The notes under the pieces were generated by a model. The model did no database searches. It had not been told where the DNA came from and saw nothing but the letters and a program-made list of their open reading frames with translations. A DNA stretch of 63,980 nucleotides, the filler included, from Intoshia linei (lineage: Eukaryota; Animalia; Orthonectida): assembly GCA_001642005.1 (NCBI GenBank). It is 5 parts of 5 records of this genome, joined end to end, with 100 filler letters (N's around TTAATTAATTAA, not from the genome) between each part and the next. Parts side by side here need not be neighbours in the genome. Positions count along the whole stretch, not along the records: positions 1 to 28,845 come from LWCA01000400.1; positions 28,946 to 49,507 come from LWCA01000680.1; 3 more parts are not named here. One strand, given 5' to 3'. Position numbers and translations under genes: made by a program. This document shows positions 24,901 to 37,049 of the stretch, piece after piece. Each line of letters opens with the position of its first letter. Positions within the stretch are counted from its first letter, which is position 1.

Positions 24901-26223
24901 TAAATAATGCATTGTATAGGTTTAATTGAAAATGAAATCAAAAAAAATTCACATACTCCCAATGAAATAAAATTTAATAAACCTCAATCTCTATCATCAG
25001 AATACAACAAAAGTTTTTTTATCAAAAACATTTTAACGACAGATGGATCCAAAATATTAGGTAAAATTATTTTTATGTTTTTTAATAATTTTTAGATCTA
25101 TGCTCTCTCAAAAAAAAAATTAAAGTTGATTCATTGCCAGTTGATGAAGATAAACCAGATTTACATTCACTTAGCTCATACCCAGCGAATCTCAACCTAT
25201 CATCTTTTCAAAATAATATATTTCCAATTAATTTTGATTTAAATATGCAAAATAATCTGAATCAATTAGCACTAAATTCTTCTTTGGTGACATCAAATTT
25301 ATCCATTAATAATAATTCTCAATTTTATTCAAAAATGGAATCTTGTAAAAGTTTAAATTATCTCATGTCATTAACTTGCGATAATCCTCTCTATCCCTCT
25401 CAAAATAATATATTAAATTCTTTCAATTTAATGAAATATAACTCAACTCTTGGTTCATCTTCTGATTGTTTAAATGACTACCAAGAAAATCTTAGATTAA
25501 ATTATTTACCCAATAAATTGACTAAATATCATCAAATTGCAATGGATATTGAAATGGGTAAGTTTACTCAACACGATACAAATATTTGTGTCAATCGACC
25601 TCTCAATTTAAATCACCCAGAAAACAATAAAATTGTGAACGCTATGATAGAGGTTGATTTATTTTTTTATTTTTTTACTAAATTTTTAGCTTCACGGACC
25701 AAGATCAATAATGATTGTCAATGATGGATACGGTATAAAGAACCCTCTATATACGAAACAAATGACCGATATTTGTCCGTCCGATTACAGTATATTTTTT
25801 TATTATAAAATTTAATAAAGTATAGTTATAAATAATTTGGATAATACCTATTCTTGTCGAGCTTGCAAAACAAAATGTGATAATTTAAAACTTCTTTATC
25901 GCCATTTAAAATGTCACAGTCAAATTAAAAGATTTATTTGTTCGTTATGTTTTAAAGGATTCAATGATACCTTCGATTTGAAAAGACACACCCGAACACA
26001 TACCGGTGTTCGTCCTTACGAGTGCATTGAACCAGGATGCGATAAAAAGTTTTCTCAGAGATGTAGTTTGGAATCTCATCAAAAAAAATTACATGGAATT
26101 AAAGCTAGATATTCGTACAAACAAAGACGAAGAAAATTATATATTTGTGAAATTTGTGGATTTAGTGCTCAAACTTCCGAATTGCATTTGAAACATAAAG
26201 CTACAGTTCACAATAAATATTAA
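18978..26223 (+). CDS. ovo: Ovo/Shavenbaby (OVOL/LIN-48) C2H2 zinc-finger transcription factor
   Basis: Four Ovo-type fingers (RHLKCHS, KGFNDTFDLKRHTRTHTGVRPY, FSQRCSLESH, YSYKQRRRKLYICE) and the upstream VNDGYGIKNPL motif. Exons 24920-25060, 25096-25652, 25690-25789 and 25826-26223 splice in frame. First exon 18978-19191 is inferred from phase-compatible GT/AG sites; the alternative start is ATG 24907. Confidence 0.88.
20690..20870. mobile_element. Tc1/mariner-type MITE end; inverted homolog at ~55178-55365
   Basis: Ends AAAGTGGACACCCT; about 170 bp are the reverse complement of the segment starting TACAGTAAGGTATCCAC in a TRMT5 intron. Confidence 0.6.
21804..22283. mobile_element. hAT-type MITE, 480 bp
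   Basis: TIRs CAGAGCCGTTTTAAG / CTTAAAATGGCTCTG, degenerate 8-bp TSD ATCGGATT/ATCTTATT and GGCCC subterminal motifs; a related end lies at ~9545-9610. Confidence 0.85.
22880..23340 (-). pseudogene. Possible PIF/Harbinger- or ISL2EU-type transposase remnant
   Basis: GTIDATIQKISP..EQFF..YHSL resembles the GxIDxT / YHSxN region of DDE_Tnp_4 transposases; heavily decayed. Confidence 0.35.
23643..23932. repeat. Imperfect ~290-bp palindrome built of subrepeats (foldback-like)
   Basis: Left arm TTTTCACCAAATTTTTAAAAATTTTGAAGATAATTTTGGTGCCAAAATTTGGTAGGGTTTTTAAGGGA matches the reverse complement of ~23845-23915. Confidence 0.7.
23990..24681. mobile_element. hAT (Charlie/Buster-like) non-autonomous element
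   Basis: CAGTGTTTCTCAACC ... GTTGAGAATCACTA, degenerate TSD CTTTAGAC/CTCAAGAC and GTGGACC subterminal motifs; related ends at ~17731 and 42599. Confidence 0.75.
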
Positions 26224-27039
26224 AATTTACCTATTGTGAATACCTCAATTTTTGTAATCTTTAATAGTGAATATTGTATGTATTACTTACAAATAATTTA
26301 ATAATATTTCATCGATATGCTGAAGATAATTCAGGATAAATTAATATAATTTGTAAAACTAATTTTAGGTATAATTTACGTTAAAAGGAAATTATAACAA
26401 ATCTATTGTTATGGGCAAACTATCCCAATTATTAACTGTAACTAACTGAATCATTAAAAAGATACTTATAATTACTTTTGTTTATAAAACTAATATAGTC
26501 CCATGTGTAATAATGCCAAGATTATACATTTAAAATATTTTGACATGATACACACAAGTTTAAAATCAATTTTTGGAACAATAGTACACTATTGTTTTAA
26601 AAATAAAACCATTTAACCACATTTTTTGGTTGTGTACTATATGAGAATATCATGTTATCATTTATTAACCAAATTGATAATTGATTCAATGTAAATATTT
26701 CAAATTAATTTGTTTATAAATATTTATAAAATTATCAGCAAACAGTTGGAAATCAATTATGGATTCAATTTATGACTTGGTATTTATAAAATGTAATAAT
26801 TAATAATATAAATGTAGACAATTAGTGTTTATTTTTTCAAGTATATTCCTTATTTTCATTTTTTTTGATTTTTCAATTAATATTAAATACATCTTCAAAT
26901 TGCGAATTTTAAATAGTTGGTTTATAAATTATAATTTATTAATATTGCTTTTATTTTCAAATTATTTCGGTTATATCAAATTAGAATATTTACTAACCAA
27001 GTAAATCAGTAAAAGTAAGGATTCTTTTACAGATGTTTA

Positions 27040-28310
27040 CAGAGTTTCTCATGAATATAAATTTATTTTTCAACAATATAAATTTTTAAGTAAATAATAC
27101 TACATGTAATTAATATTCGAAGTTCGATGAAAAAAACAAGTGTAGAAGTGATTTCTAGATAGTAATGATAATTTTACAAGAATTAAAATTATGCGAAGGT
27201 TCTTTCTGGAATTTTTAAATAAGTATAAGATTTATAGAGTATTTGAGAACAGGCCGATTATTGTAATAGATAATGTGAGGTTCACCACTGTGCGGAAATA
27301 ATTTCTTTGTTGAGAAGAGAAAATGTAGAACAAATATTCTTACCACCCTATAGTCCTGACTTGAATCATATTAAAAACTTTTCAGCGTAATAAAATCACG
27401 TAAAATGCGTCCTAGGGCTAAAACTCCAATTAGTTAAGTTAAGAATATATTAGGTTGTCCAATAAGTGATGTCATTTTATAGAGTACCATGGTAACCAAG
27501 GATGATAACCATTGTTTTTTTAGTTTTGTATTGTCACATTGAATCCACTTATCATCTCCAGTTACCACATATTCCAGAAATGCTTCACTCTTCAGTCGAA
27601 ATAATAAAGAGAAACATATATTAACTCTATTTAATCTCTGCTGATTTGACAATTAGTGAGGAACCCATATACCCGACCTATTGACCTTTTTCATCCTTTT
27701 TAACATATTAAACACACTTGATTTTGAACAACCAGCAACATTAGTAAGCGATCTACATGTTTGAATAGGAGAGATGTTCAATGCTTCTTTTATTGAATCA
27801 ATATCACCCACGAGAGGTTTACCGGAATGTATGGGCATCCCTTAAGCTATAATTTTTTTTAATTAACTTAGTGAACCATCTTTGTATTTTTCTTTGTTGT
27901 ATGACATCTTGGCCATACACACTACATATATTTTGAGTTGCTTAAACAGCAGAATGAGAATTATTATACTTATATAGTAGAATATGGCGAATATGTTCTT
28001 CAAAATCACAAAAGTTTTTTTTCTATTATCATAATAAATATTTGTGTATATTAATAATTTACACTTTCATCTGATTCATCATTAAATATTTTATCCAAAA
28101 GCATTGTTAATTTAAAATTATTTTAAATGTTTTTGATCATATAGTGATTAAAAAACATTGTGAAAATAAAAGCGACATAACTTTATGGACAACCTAATAC
28201 AATTAGTGTTAGAAGAAATTAAAACAGCGATCTTTTTATCAAAAAATTTATATTGTTGAAAAATAAATTCATATTTATGAAAATAAAATTTATATTCATG
28301 AGAAACTCTG
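27040..28310 (+). mobile_element. Internally deleted IS630-Tc1-type element hosting a nested mariner
   Basis: TIR CAGAGTTTCTCATGAATATAAATTT at both ends with TA TSDs; remnant PIIVIDNVRF...FLPPYSPDLNHI at ~27255-27375. Confidence 0.85.
27450..28197 (-). mobile_element. Internally deleted mariner element
   Basis: TA-flanked TIRs TTAGGTTGTCC..; minus-strand transposase pieces EEHIRHILLY, SGKP, GIWVPH and VTGDDKWI, lost after the first catalytic D. Confidence 0.9.
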
Positions 28311-28572
28311 TATTATTATTTACATGTTATCAACATATCATAAATTATGGCATGAAACTTACATGTCTTGAATTAAAAAGTCAATAATTAAGTTTACTTT
28401 ATACTAGTGGAATCCCGATTAAAACGAGAAATTTGTATGATAAAACAATTCTATTTAAAATTTTCATATAAAATCGTACATAGCTCTAATGATAAAGATT
28501 CAACAAAGAAAATTGCCTTGAGTGAATAACTACACTATTATGTATGTAACAACTTCAGATAAATATAATAGA

Positions 28573-28730
28573 CTAGCTTGGCTGTTTTGTATTTGGTACA
28601 AATAGGCACCTAGCTCTGTCAAGGCGCACTTTTTTAATTATACCATAAAAATAAAATATTACATAAAAATACCACTACACACTATTAAACGGGTGAAAAT
28701 TTTTTTTATTTTTAATTCTAGGATTATTAA
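28573..28730 (-). mobile_element. Helitron 3' terminus (diverged)
   Basis: ACTAGCTTGGCTGTTTTGTATTTGGTACAAATAGGCACCTAGCTCTG is homologous to the 7883 end. Confidence 0.65.
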
Positions 28731-28845
28731 TTATATCAAATATTTTAATGAAATAATTTCTCAAAAAACGGTTAAGCAATACACTGCGTTACAAGTTATT
28801 ATGCAAACATTAAAAACATTAATAATTTAAAAAGTAGTAACTTAA

Positions 28846-28945
28846 NNNNNNNNNNNNNNNNNNNNNNNNNNNNNNNNNNNNNNNNNNNNTTAATTAATTA
28901 ANNNNNNNNNNNNNNNNNNNNNNNNNNNNNNNNNNNNNNNNNNNN
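28846..28945. other. Assembly gap with artificial TTAATTAATTAA spacer (also ~49507-49607, ~59243-59343, ~61873-61972)
   Basis: The same N-spacer-N structure occurs at four places; the spacer gives stops in all six frames. Confidence 0.95.
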
Positions 28946-29355
28946 TTCTAAATACTATTTTGCAAATAAAATATAATGCAACTAAAATAGTTTGATATTT
29001 TATAATTTAAATGTATAATATTTAACAAAATGTTTATGATACCACTTAATAAAATTTATTTTTTTAAAGGTTCACTCCTCACCTCTCAGCGGTTGGATTC
29101 AGGGATGCCGGATAATAACAATATTTTAGAGGACCTAGACTTTAGGAAAAAATCCTTGTATCTGTTAAAAAAATATTGTGTATTTTTTCAATTGGGTGTC
29201 AATTAAAGTACTTTAACTGATTTATTCATGAATTCTGAAAAAAAGTTCAAATTTGTCGTCTAGTGTAATAAAATATTAACAATTTTTTATTATTCTATGC
29301 AATTTTGGAAAAATGGAAACGCGTTTGTCACCAGAAAAATGATTTATTTAACCGA

Positions 29356-29400
29356 CTAGCTTGACTGTAATGTACTTGAGACAAACAGCATTCTAGTATA
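29356..29400 (-). mobile_element. Solo Helitron 3' terminus
   Basis: ACTAGCTTGACTGTAATGTACTTGAGACAAACAGCA is homologous to the ends at 7883 and 36103. Confidence 0.6.
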
Positions 29401-29699
29401 TTCATTATAACAACATGACAGTTTTTTAAAATGATTATGATATTGTTATCAATCTTCAATTAATTGAAATTTTTTTATATTTCAAAAAACCAATTAATTG
29501 CAATTATTTTTCATAAAGCAATTGGAAAATATTTTTTCGTTTTTCAATATTCTAACAACAAAACAAACAATTAATTTATTGATTTTTTTCAATAATTTTT
29601 ACCAATTAATTGCAATTAAATTAGTTCCAATCAATTAATTCCAATCCCTGACCCTAATACACATGTACATGTGTATTTTAAATAAAAAATATAAAGCAA

Positions 29700-31777
29700 T
29701 CAATAAACGGTTTTCAAAACTAGGCCCATCGACTATTTTCATCTCCCCGCGAGAAGATAAAGTGATCTTAATGTATAATTAAATATTGATGAATTTTTTA
29801 CAATATTTATTATATTATAATATAATATTATATTATCATAAATGTATAATTATACATTTAATATAATACCATAACCATACTATAATATGTTTTTTATGAA
29901 ATGACATTTTCTGGAACGGCTAGCAGATCAGCTTGTCTGGTAATAAATTAGAAAAAATAATGCAAAAACAATAACATATCCATTACAAGTTTAGATTAAA
30001 ATTTTGTGTATTAATCAATTTCTCTTCTCGAAATTATTACAACATTCAGGGGCCGCTCTTCTCCACCCTTTTCAAATAAAGTATGCATAGTTATAAACTA
30101 AAGGTGGTTATCATTTCTATTTCGCCAAATTATCTACAATGCTAAAATTAAACAAAGTCAAAAATTGGCGAATTAGAGATAGTATACTTAATAATTATTA
30201 AGTATACTAATTATAATTGAATATTATATTAAATAATGCTACCAAACAGTATCATAAAATTAAATACTATACCATGAACATATTTGGAAACATTAAGTAA
30301 ATACATCTATTAATATGTTCATTAGAAAATCTCTTTTTATTTCGTAAACGTAAGATGGTAATATTTAATTTTGTATACACTGAACCCATAATTCCTCCTC
30401 CAATTCCTATTAATGCTGCAATCGGAAATATTAATATATGCTATTTGATAAAGTTATCAAAATAAAAATTATCAATACCACATGGATGTTGAATTTAAAC
30501 TAAGTTGAGAATATATACGGTAAAAATTAAAATTACTAGTGTCATATATCGACTTACGTGAAAAAATCCAACATTGCTTCCAAAATACAGGAAAAATTGC
30601 AACATACCGCTTGATAAAGCAGATATTATGCAGCAAAAGTATATTTTAATATAAAAATTAAAAGTGCAACTAGAAAAAGCTTCCTCTATTGCAAACAATA
30701 AACCTCCAACGGGTGCTACAAAAGATGCGGGTACACCTGCAGAGGCTCCAGCTTCAATTAAATCTCTACTTTAAAAATTTTAGAATTTTTACTTGTATTA
30801 ATAATAGTATTTATACCCACAGCCGAACAACCCAAATTGGAGGCAACCTCAAAATGAAAAATAGCCTCCTAAAAAATTTTCGCGATTGATGCATAGTGTC
30901 ATATATCCCCTAGAATCTCCCAATGCTCTTTACTTGACATATCAAATTAATGATAGCAATTAATAATAGCAATGCTAATAATAATTATTATAATTGGCTA
31001 ATTTATAATTATTATTTGCTATTATAATAGCAAAAACATAAATTTGTGTCCAAAAGCACGAAATTCAACTTTATGTACAAGGTAGGCTATAATGGCTCTA
31101 ATTTCATTAATAAAATGTATATTTCATCAAACTCGATAAATATCATGGGTCCTTCTACTCCTAATGGCATGCTGGCTGAAACGGAGAAAATAGATGATAA
31201 TAATTTTATAGTCAAATTTTTAAAGGTTAGATAATTGTCCAATTTGATACCATTTAAGTAACAAAGAATGCGAGCAACACCACAAGATTTAATGACTGGT
31301 GCAAAAAAAGTTACGAGGGCTAAAGACATAAAAACGAAAATTATATTGAAACATAGTAAATACGTTATGGAGGAAAGAATTTTTTTCTAAATCAATTTTT
31401 ATCGAAATTATGTGATACAACCTCAGAAAGATATCCAAAGTACGCTTTCCATTTTGTTGTCAATAGCGTATTTATGAACAAATGCATGACAAAGTGACAA
31501 AATCCGGTTAAAAATCCAATTAATACTAAAACTACCCAGATATGCCAATCACCTCTAATGTTTCAGATTATTCCAATATTATTTGCATAAAACCTGCATG
31601 ATCTTTTTTTTAGCTAATTTTTGTAAAGTCTCAAATTATTTGGAAAATAATTATAACTTTGGGAATATTCAAAATTCAATTTTTTGTTATTCGTAAACGT
31701 GTGCGAAGCTCTACCAAGTTTAAAATTGAATTATAGATAATTGTAGATAAAAATATTGTGTTCGTAACCCATTTCAT
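29700..31777 (-). pseudogene. CLC chloride channel/transporter (CLC-6/7/C-like) copy A, pseudogene
   Basis: SCGVARILCYLNG, MPLGVEGPMIF, RDLIEAGASAG..APVGGLLFAIEE and GGGIMGS. Has KN*LK where copy B has KNWLK, and a lost first donor. After helix J it jumps to decayed, possibly CBS-like pieces at ~30150-29700. Confidence 0.85.
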
Positions 31778-32863
31778 TTTATCTTCAGTATCCAGAAGAA
31801 ATAGTAAAAATAAAATATAAAAATAGTGATACAAATGTACATCAAATGAAATTAAATATTATTAAATATCACTAAACTAATTCACCTGAAATTATATTAA
31901 AATCTATCTAATATATAATCTAAAATATATAATATACGTATAATCTAAAAAGTAATATTATCAAAATGCAATAACTGTTATTTTCAATTCTTAAAGTATC
32001 TGCAGTAATTGTAACCATCAATAAAATGTATTAATCGATTAATTTAAAATCTCTTGAGACGCGTATGCAATTTATGTATTACATATGCAATGTATTATAA
32101 TTCATTAGCAAATTAAGTACTGTTTTGAAACATTATTAATATCAATCATTATAATGATTTACATTTATTATTTAATTTAAAATGATTTTTTTATTGCTGT
32201 CGACGTGTAATGGTTAAAATATCGAAAATGGGAAAAGATACTTGGATAATGTATTTGATACTTATATATATTTAGATATTTGTACTAAATTATCTAGATC
32301 TCGACTACTATATTTATAAAATAAGTTATCTATCACGTTTAGAAAACAGTTTATTGATTGCTGTTAAAATAAATTTATATATTCATTACCTGATTAAGAA
32401 AACGGCTGTTAACTGCATTTCTTTATCTGAGTCAGTATACAAACAATATATCGCACATGTGTATACCTTAATCATTAAGGCTTAATATAATGTAAAAATT
32501 TTTCAATTCACCCCCACGAAAAAATGAATATAAAAATTTACTTGAAAAATGTGTCCACCATTAATACATACCATGTCTGTATTTATTATATTAATGTATG
32601 TCATATTATGATATTTTCATATTATATAGTACTTAAACTTTAAGTCTTAAAATATTTATAGTGGTACATTTGTACTTTTATTGTTATATTGATTATTTCA
32701 GGATGATATGATTACTAACCTAAAAAAGATAATTGTTTAGATATTATTAACATGTAAATACCAATAAATATTATGATTATTTTTTTATTCATTACGGTAT
32801 GGTTAGTGACGGTATGATTAATGAAATTTTATCCTGAAAAATGAGTTTCAACATTATAGGATA

Positions 32864-33315
32864 CTAGCTTGATGGTTATGTACTACATAGAAACAGCACC
32901 TAGCTCTGCCGAGGGAACATTTTTATTATACTTAAAAAATAAATTCACGTTGAAAATCTAACTTAAAAATCCACTATGCAGTATTATCAATCCTTTTAAA
33001 GACTGGTTCCCAAATTTGTTTCAGGTGGAACCATCATATCAATTTACTTTTTTACTTTACGTTAGGATAATAAAATTTAAAAAAGTTTTATTTAGAATTT
33101 GAAAAAAAATAAAAATTAATTGCAAAAAATAGAGTTTTTTTTCCAGGGGTGTTAGAAAAATAAATTTCAACCTGCCAAACTCATTTCTTACTGATCAAAA
33201 AGCCTAATTGTTTTTTTTGAAAATCAAACGAGGTTGAAAATTTAAAAATATATACTCTCTGATGCGGATTTTAAAATCATAAATATTGTCATAAATTTAA
33301 ATTTAAAAAAATATA
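32864..33315 (-). mobile_element. Helitron 3' end plus an inverted internal Helitron segment abutting CLC copy B
   Basis: 32864-33060 matches 7883-8080; ~33135-33315 is the reverse complement of ~8875-9050. Confidence 0.8.
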
Positions 33316-33316
33316 C

Positions 33317-34668
33317 CACAATAATGACTGGAAAAATTAGTGCAATACATTTCTGTAGATGTTTATTGAGAGTGGGCAAGAAATTGTTTCGTGTGCGTAA
33401 GATACTGATATTCATTTTTGTAAATATAGAACCCATGATTCCTCCTCCAAGCCCTAGAAAGGCAGCAGTCGGAAATATTAATAAATGCTATCAGAAAAGT
33501 TAAAAAAGTATTAAACGATCAATACCAAATCGAGAGTTGATTTATGCTATATTGAAAATAATGACAATATAAATAATTATTACTCGTATCATATATCGAT
33601 ATACATGAAAAAGTCCACTTTTAAAATTGGTTCCGTTATGCAAGGAAGAATTGAATATACCTTTCGATAAAGCAGACATTATGCAGCAAAAGTATATTTT
33701 TAGATAGAAATTAAAACTGCAATGCGAAGTAGATTCTTCCATTGCAAACAATAAACCTCCAACTGGCGCTGAAAAGGATGACGTTATCCCAGCACAGGCC
33801 CCAGCCATAATGAAATCTCTACTATAAAAACAATATAATTTTGATTTACATTATAGAATCTATTTTATATAAAGTACCAATTTTCTGATCTCCTAACTCG
33901 ATTAAACAGTACATATTTACGTCCGTAAGCGCGAAATTCAAGTTTATGTACAAGGTAGGCAATAACAGCTCTAATTTGATTATATTACAAGTAAATTTTG
34001 ATTTAACCCGATAAATATCATTGGTCCTTCTACTCCCAATGGCATACTGGCAGAAACGGCCAAAACGGAAGAGAAGTATTTTATAATCAAATTTTTAAGC
34101 GTGAAAAATTTTTCACATCTTGTTCCATTTAAATAACAGATAATGTAAGGAACGCTAGAAGATTTGATGGTTGGTGCAAAAATAATTACAATTATACTAG
34201 ACATGATGATACAAATTATATTGAAAAAAAATAGATATGTTATAGAGTAAAAAGATTTTTTCTAAATACATTTAACTCAAAATACCACCATACTACCTCG
34301 TAAAGAAATTTAAAGTACATTTTCCATTTAGTTTTCATCAATATGTCTATAATGTGATGCATGGAAAATTGACAAAATCCGGTTAATATTCCAATTATAC
34401 ACAAAACCGTCCAACTTTGAAAATTAAATCTAATTTTTAATGTCATTTTTACAGCATAATTAAAATAACCTGGATGATAGTGTTTTTAGCCAATTTTTGT
34501 ATAATGCGGAATTGTTTGGTAAGTACTTATAACTGTGGCATTGGGATAATTTTAAGTTTTCAACGTTTGTGAACTTGTGTGAAACTTTACGAAGTTTACT
34601 ATTGAATGACTAAAAATTAAAATTAAATAATTTTAAATACGAAATACTCTATTCACAACCGAGCTCAT
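33317..34668 (-). CDS. CLC chloride channel/transporter copy B: N-terminal half spliceable in frame, C-terminal half absent
   Basis: From ATG 34668 the exons join without stops: YKYLPNNSALYKNWLK, IGILTG, SSSVPYIICYLNG, GVEGPMIFIGA, RDFIMAGACAG..APVGGLLFAMEE, a 21-nt microexon, GLGGGIMGS..FPVIIV. Helitron sequence follows. Confidence 0.8.
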
Positions 34669-36102
34669 TATTTCACAATCCACTCAAAAGTTTTATACCC
34701 GATATAATTGAATATTAGTGATACAATGTATATAAACTTTATGTTGAAAACGATCCAATTATGATTATAAAAAATGTCCAGTAGTCAAAATTCACTAATA
34801 TTAGGTTTCAATTTCTGAAAGTGCATACTTTAATTATAGTCATCAATAATATGTATTAATCGTTTCCATGAAATTAAAATTAAATGTTAAATGTCAAAAA
34901 ATCTTGCAGTAGATTAGTCAGTATGACTGGTTCCATACTAATTATAAACTGCCATATTATTTGAAATTTAATAAATATGTAGTAACAGGATTAACCAACA
35001 AGTTTATATATGTCAATTTAAATTAAATTAATATTATGCAATGTACATTTTAAATGTATTTGTATCATAAATCATTTAATTGATATTTAGTATGCAATTT
35101 ATATTAAAGTTTATGTAATTTAAAATTTTAATATTTGACATTTCTCTGATGAAATATTGATTAAACTATTTCAGTATAAAATATATTAAATTGTAATTAG
35201 TATTACATTTATAGGATAATTTAAACTTCAAATACATTAAATATTGGTCCATTAATACTTTAATATACATTATTATCATGCAAAACATCATCATAAATGT
35301 ATTATCATTTGTGTCTCATTATATGAAAATAGATACATAAATAATTAATATATGTTGTTATTAATAAGAATACTGTTCTAATTAATATTAACAGTAATTT
35401 TAGGTTTTCATGAAAGATGAATTCCCAATGATTAACATTCAATGATATAGTTTATGAGAAATTATGTATCAAAATCAAAAAGAATTTCGTATAAATCAGC
35501 ATAAATGAGTTAGAATTGACTTTAAAAATACAAAATATACAACGAAATGTGTTAAACCCACCAAGTCATAGAAGTCAAACCAAAAGTAGCATTACATAAA
35601 CTAAACTAACGTTTAGTTTAATGTGTGGGCAATTTCATGAGAACGAAATATGCTATTAACTTCACCAATGAGAATTACTTATAGTGATATCATCACTACA
35701 TTAGCCTCTCTAATCCTTACTTATACAAGTAATTTAATTAAAAATGAATCGCCAATATTTTTCAAATGTTTGGATTAAAATTAAGAATGAAAAAGTAAAT
35801 ATTCATTCTACCATTTCAAAAAAATGTGCATTGAACGTCTACACATTACCAATAAAGAGATATGGGTGGAAATCTCATAAATTGATTACTTAAAATTTAG
35901 AAATTAAATTAATAATAATTTTACAAGTATTAAGAACTCAAGGGCCCTTTATGTTTCACAGAAAAATTTTGAGCACGGGAAAAATAATTGAAATAAATAA
36001 TGTAAGTGTCCACAATATCTAAACAGTACTATACTATGTGAATACACAGTTTGTGAATCACGAATCGTGCTGCAATATATTCTGATTATTAATATCCAAT
36101 AA

Positions 36103-36690
36103 CTAGGTTGACTGTTATGTACTACGTACAAACAACACCTAGCTCTGCAGAGGGAACATTTTTATTATACTTAAAAAATAAATTCACGTTGAAAATCTAA
36201 CTTATATCCTACTATGCAGTATTATCAATCCTTTAAAAGAGTGGTTCCCAAACTTGTTTCAGGTGGAACCGTCATATCACATTACATTTTACTAAATTAA
36301 AGTGAGATATTCCATCTTAATTTTGTTTTGTTAACATTTGCGTAAAGAATTTTAGAAACAATTGTTATTCCATTTGTTTTATTAGACAGAATGTGTGTAT
36401 AATATTAAAAATAAAGTAAAAACAGTCCAATACTAAAAATTGTCATAAAGGTGTGAGTTTTGGAAATTGAAATTTATATTATTATATGTAAAAATTGCTC
36501 ATAAATAGCATAAATTCCAGAAAAAATAAAATTATAAAAATTGCGAAGGAATGAAAAAAATTCGAAAGAATGAATTATATAGATTTTCACCACGATGTTT
36601 TTATTAGAAATGTGTAGACGTTCAATACACAATTTTTTTGAAATTGTAGGGTTAACATTTACATTTTTAATTTTTATTTTAATTGAAACA
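36103..36690 (-). mobile_element. Helitron 3' half
   Basis: CTAG end with hairpin; collinear with 7883-8510. Confidence 0.85.
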
Positions 36691-36950
36691 CAGTCAAAAT
36701 CTCATTTAACGAATATTTCATTTAATGAACGTCGAAATTTTATTTTCTATATAAATGCCTAAATATCTGGTATTTAACGAATTTTTGATTAACGAACGCG
36801 TAAATTCAATATTATTTTATTTTTTTAGTTGTTTTTTTAAATATCGTTATGGTTTATTGCTTTAAAATTTAAATTTAATTTTAGATAATTAATAATTAAT
36901 AATAATTTTAATAATTAAATTATTTAAATTAAATATTAGATCGACTCTTT
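36690..36950. repeat. Dispersed repeat or MITE fragment shared with 61973-62100
   Basis: GCGTAAATTCAATATTATTTTATTTTTTTAGT...AAAATTTAAATTTAATTTTAGATAATTAATAAT occurs at both loci; starts with CAGTCAAAATCTC and TTAACGAA subrepeats. Confidence 0.65.
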
Positions 36951-37049
36951 TATAAAGTCATGGAATCTTTTTATATAATAAAAAGTTTAATTATTAGTTC
37001 ATATTAAATACGAGTTCATGCATTCTGCCAAACTCGTATTGTAAAGTGA

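Noticed and set aside
28846-28945. TTAATTAATTAA palindrome recurring inside N runs (four times)
   Set aside because: Artificial contig-joining spacer, not biological.
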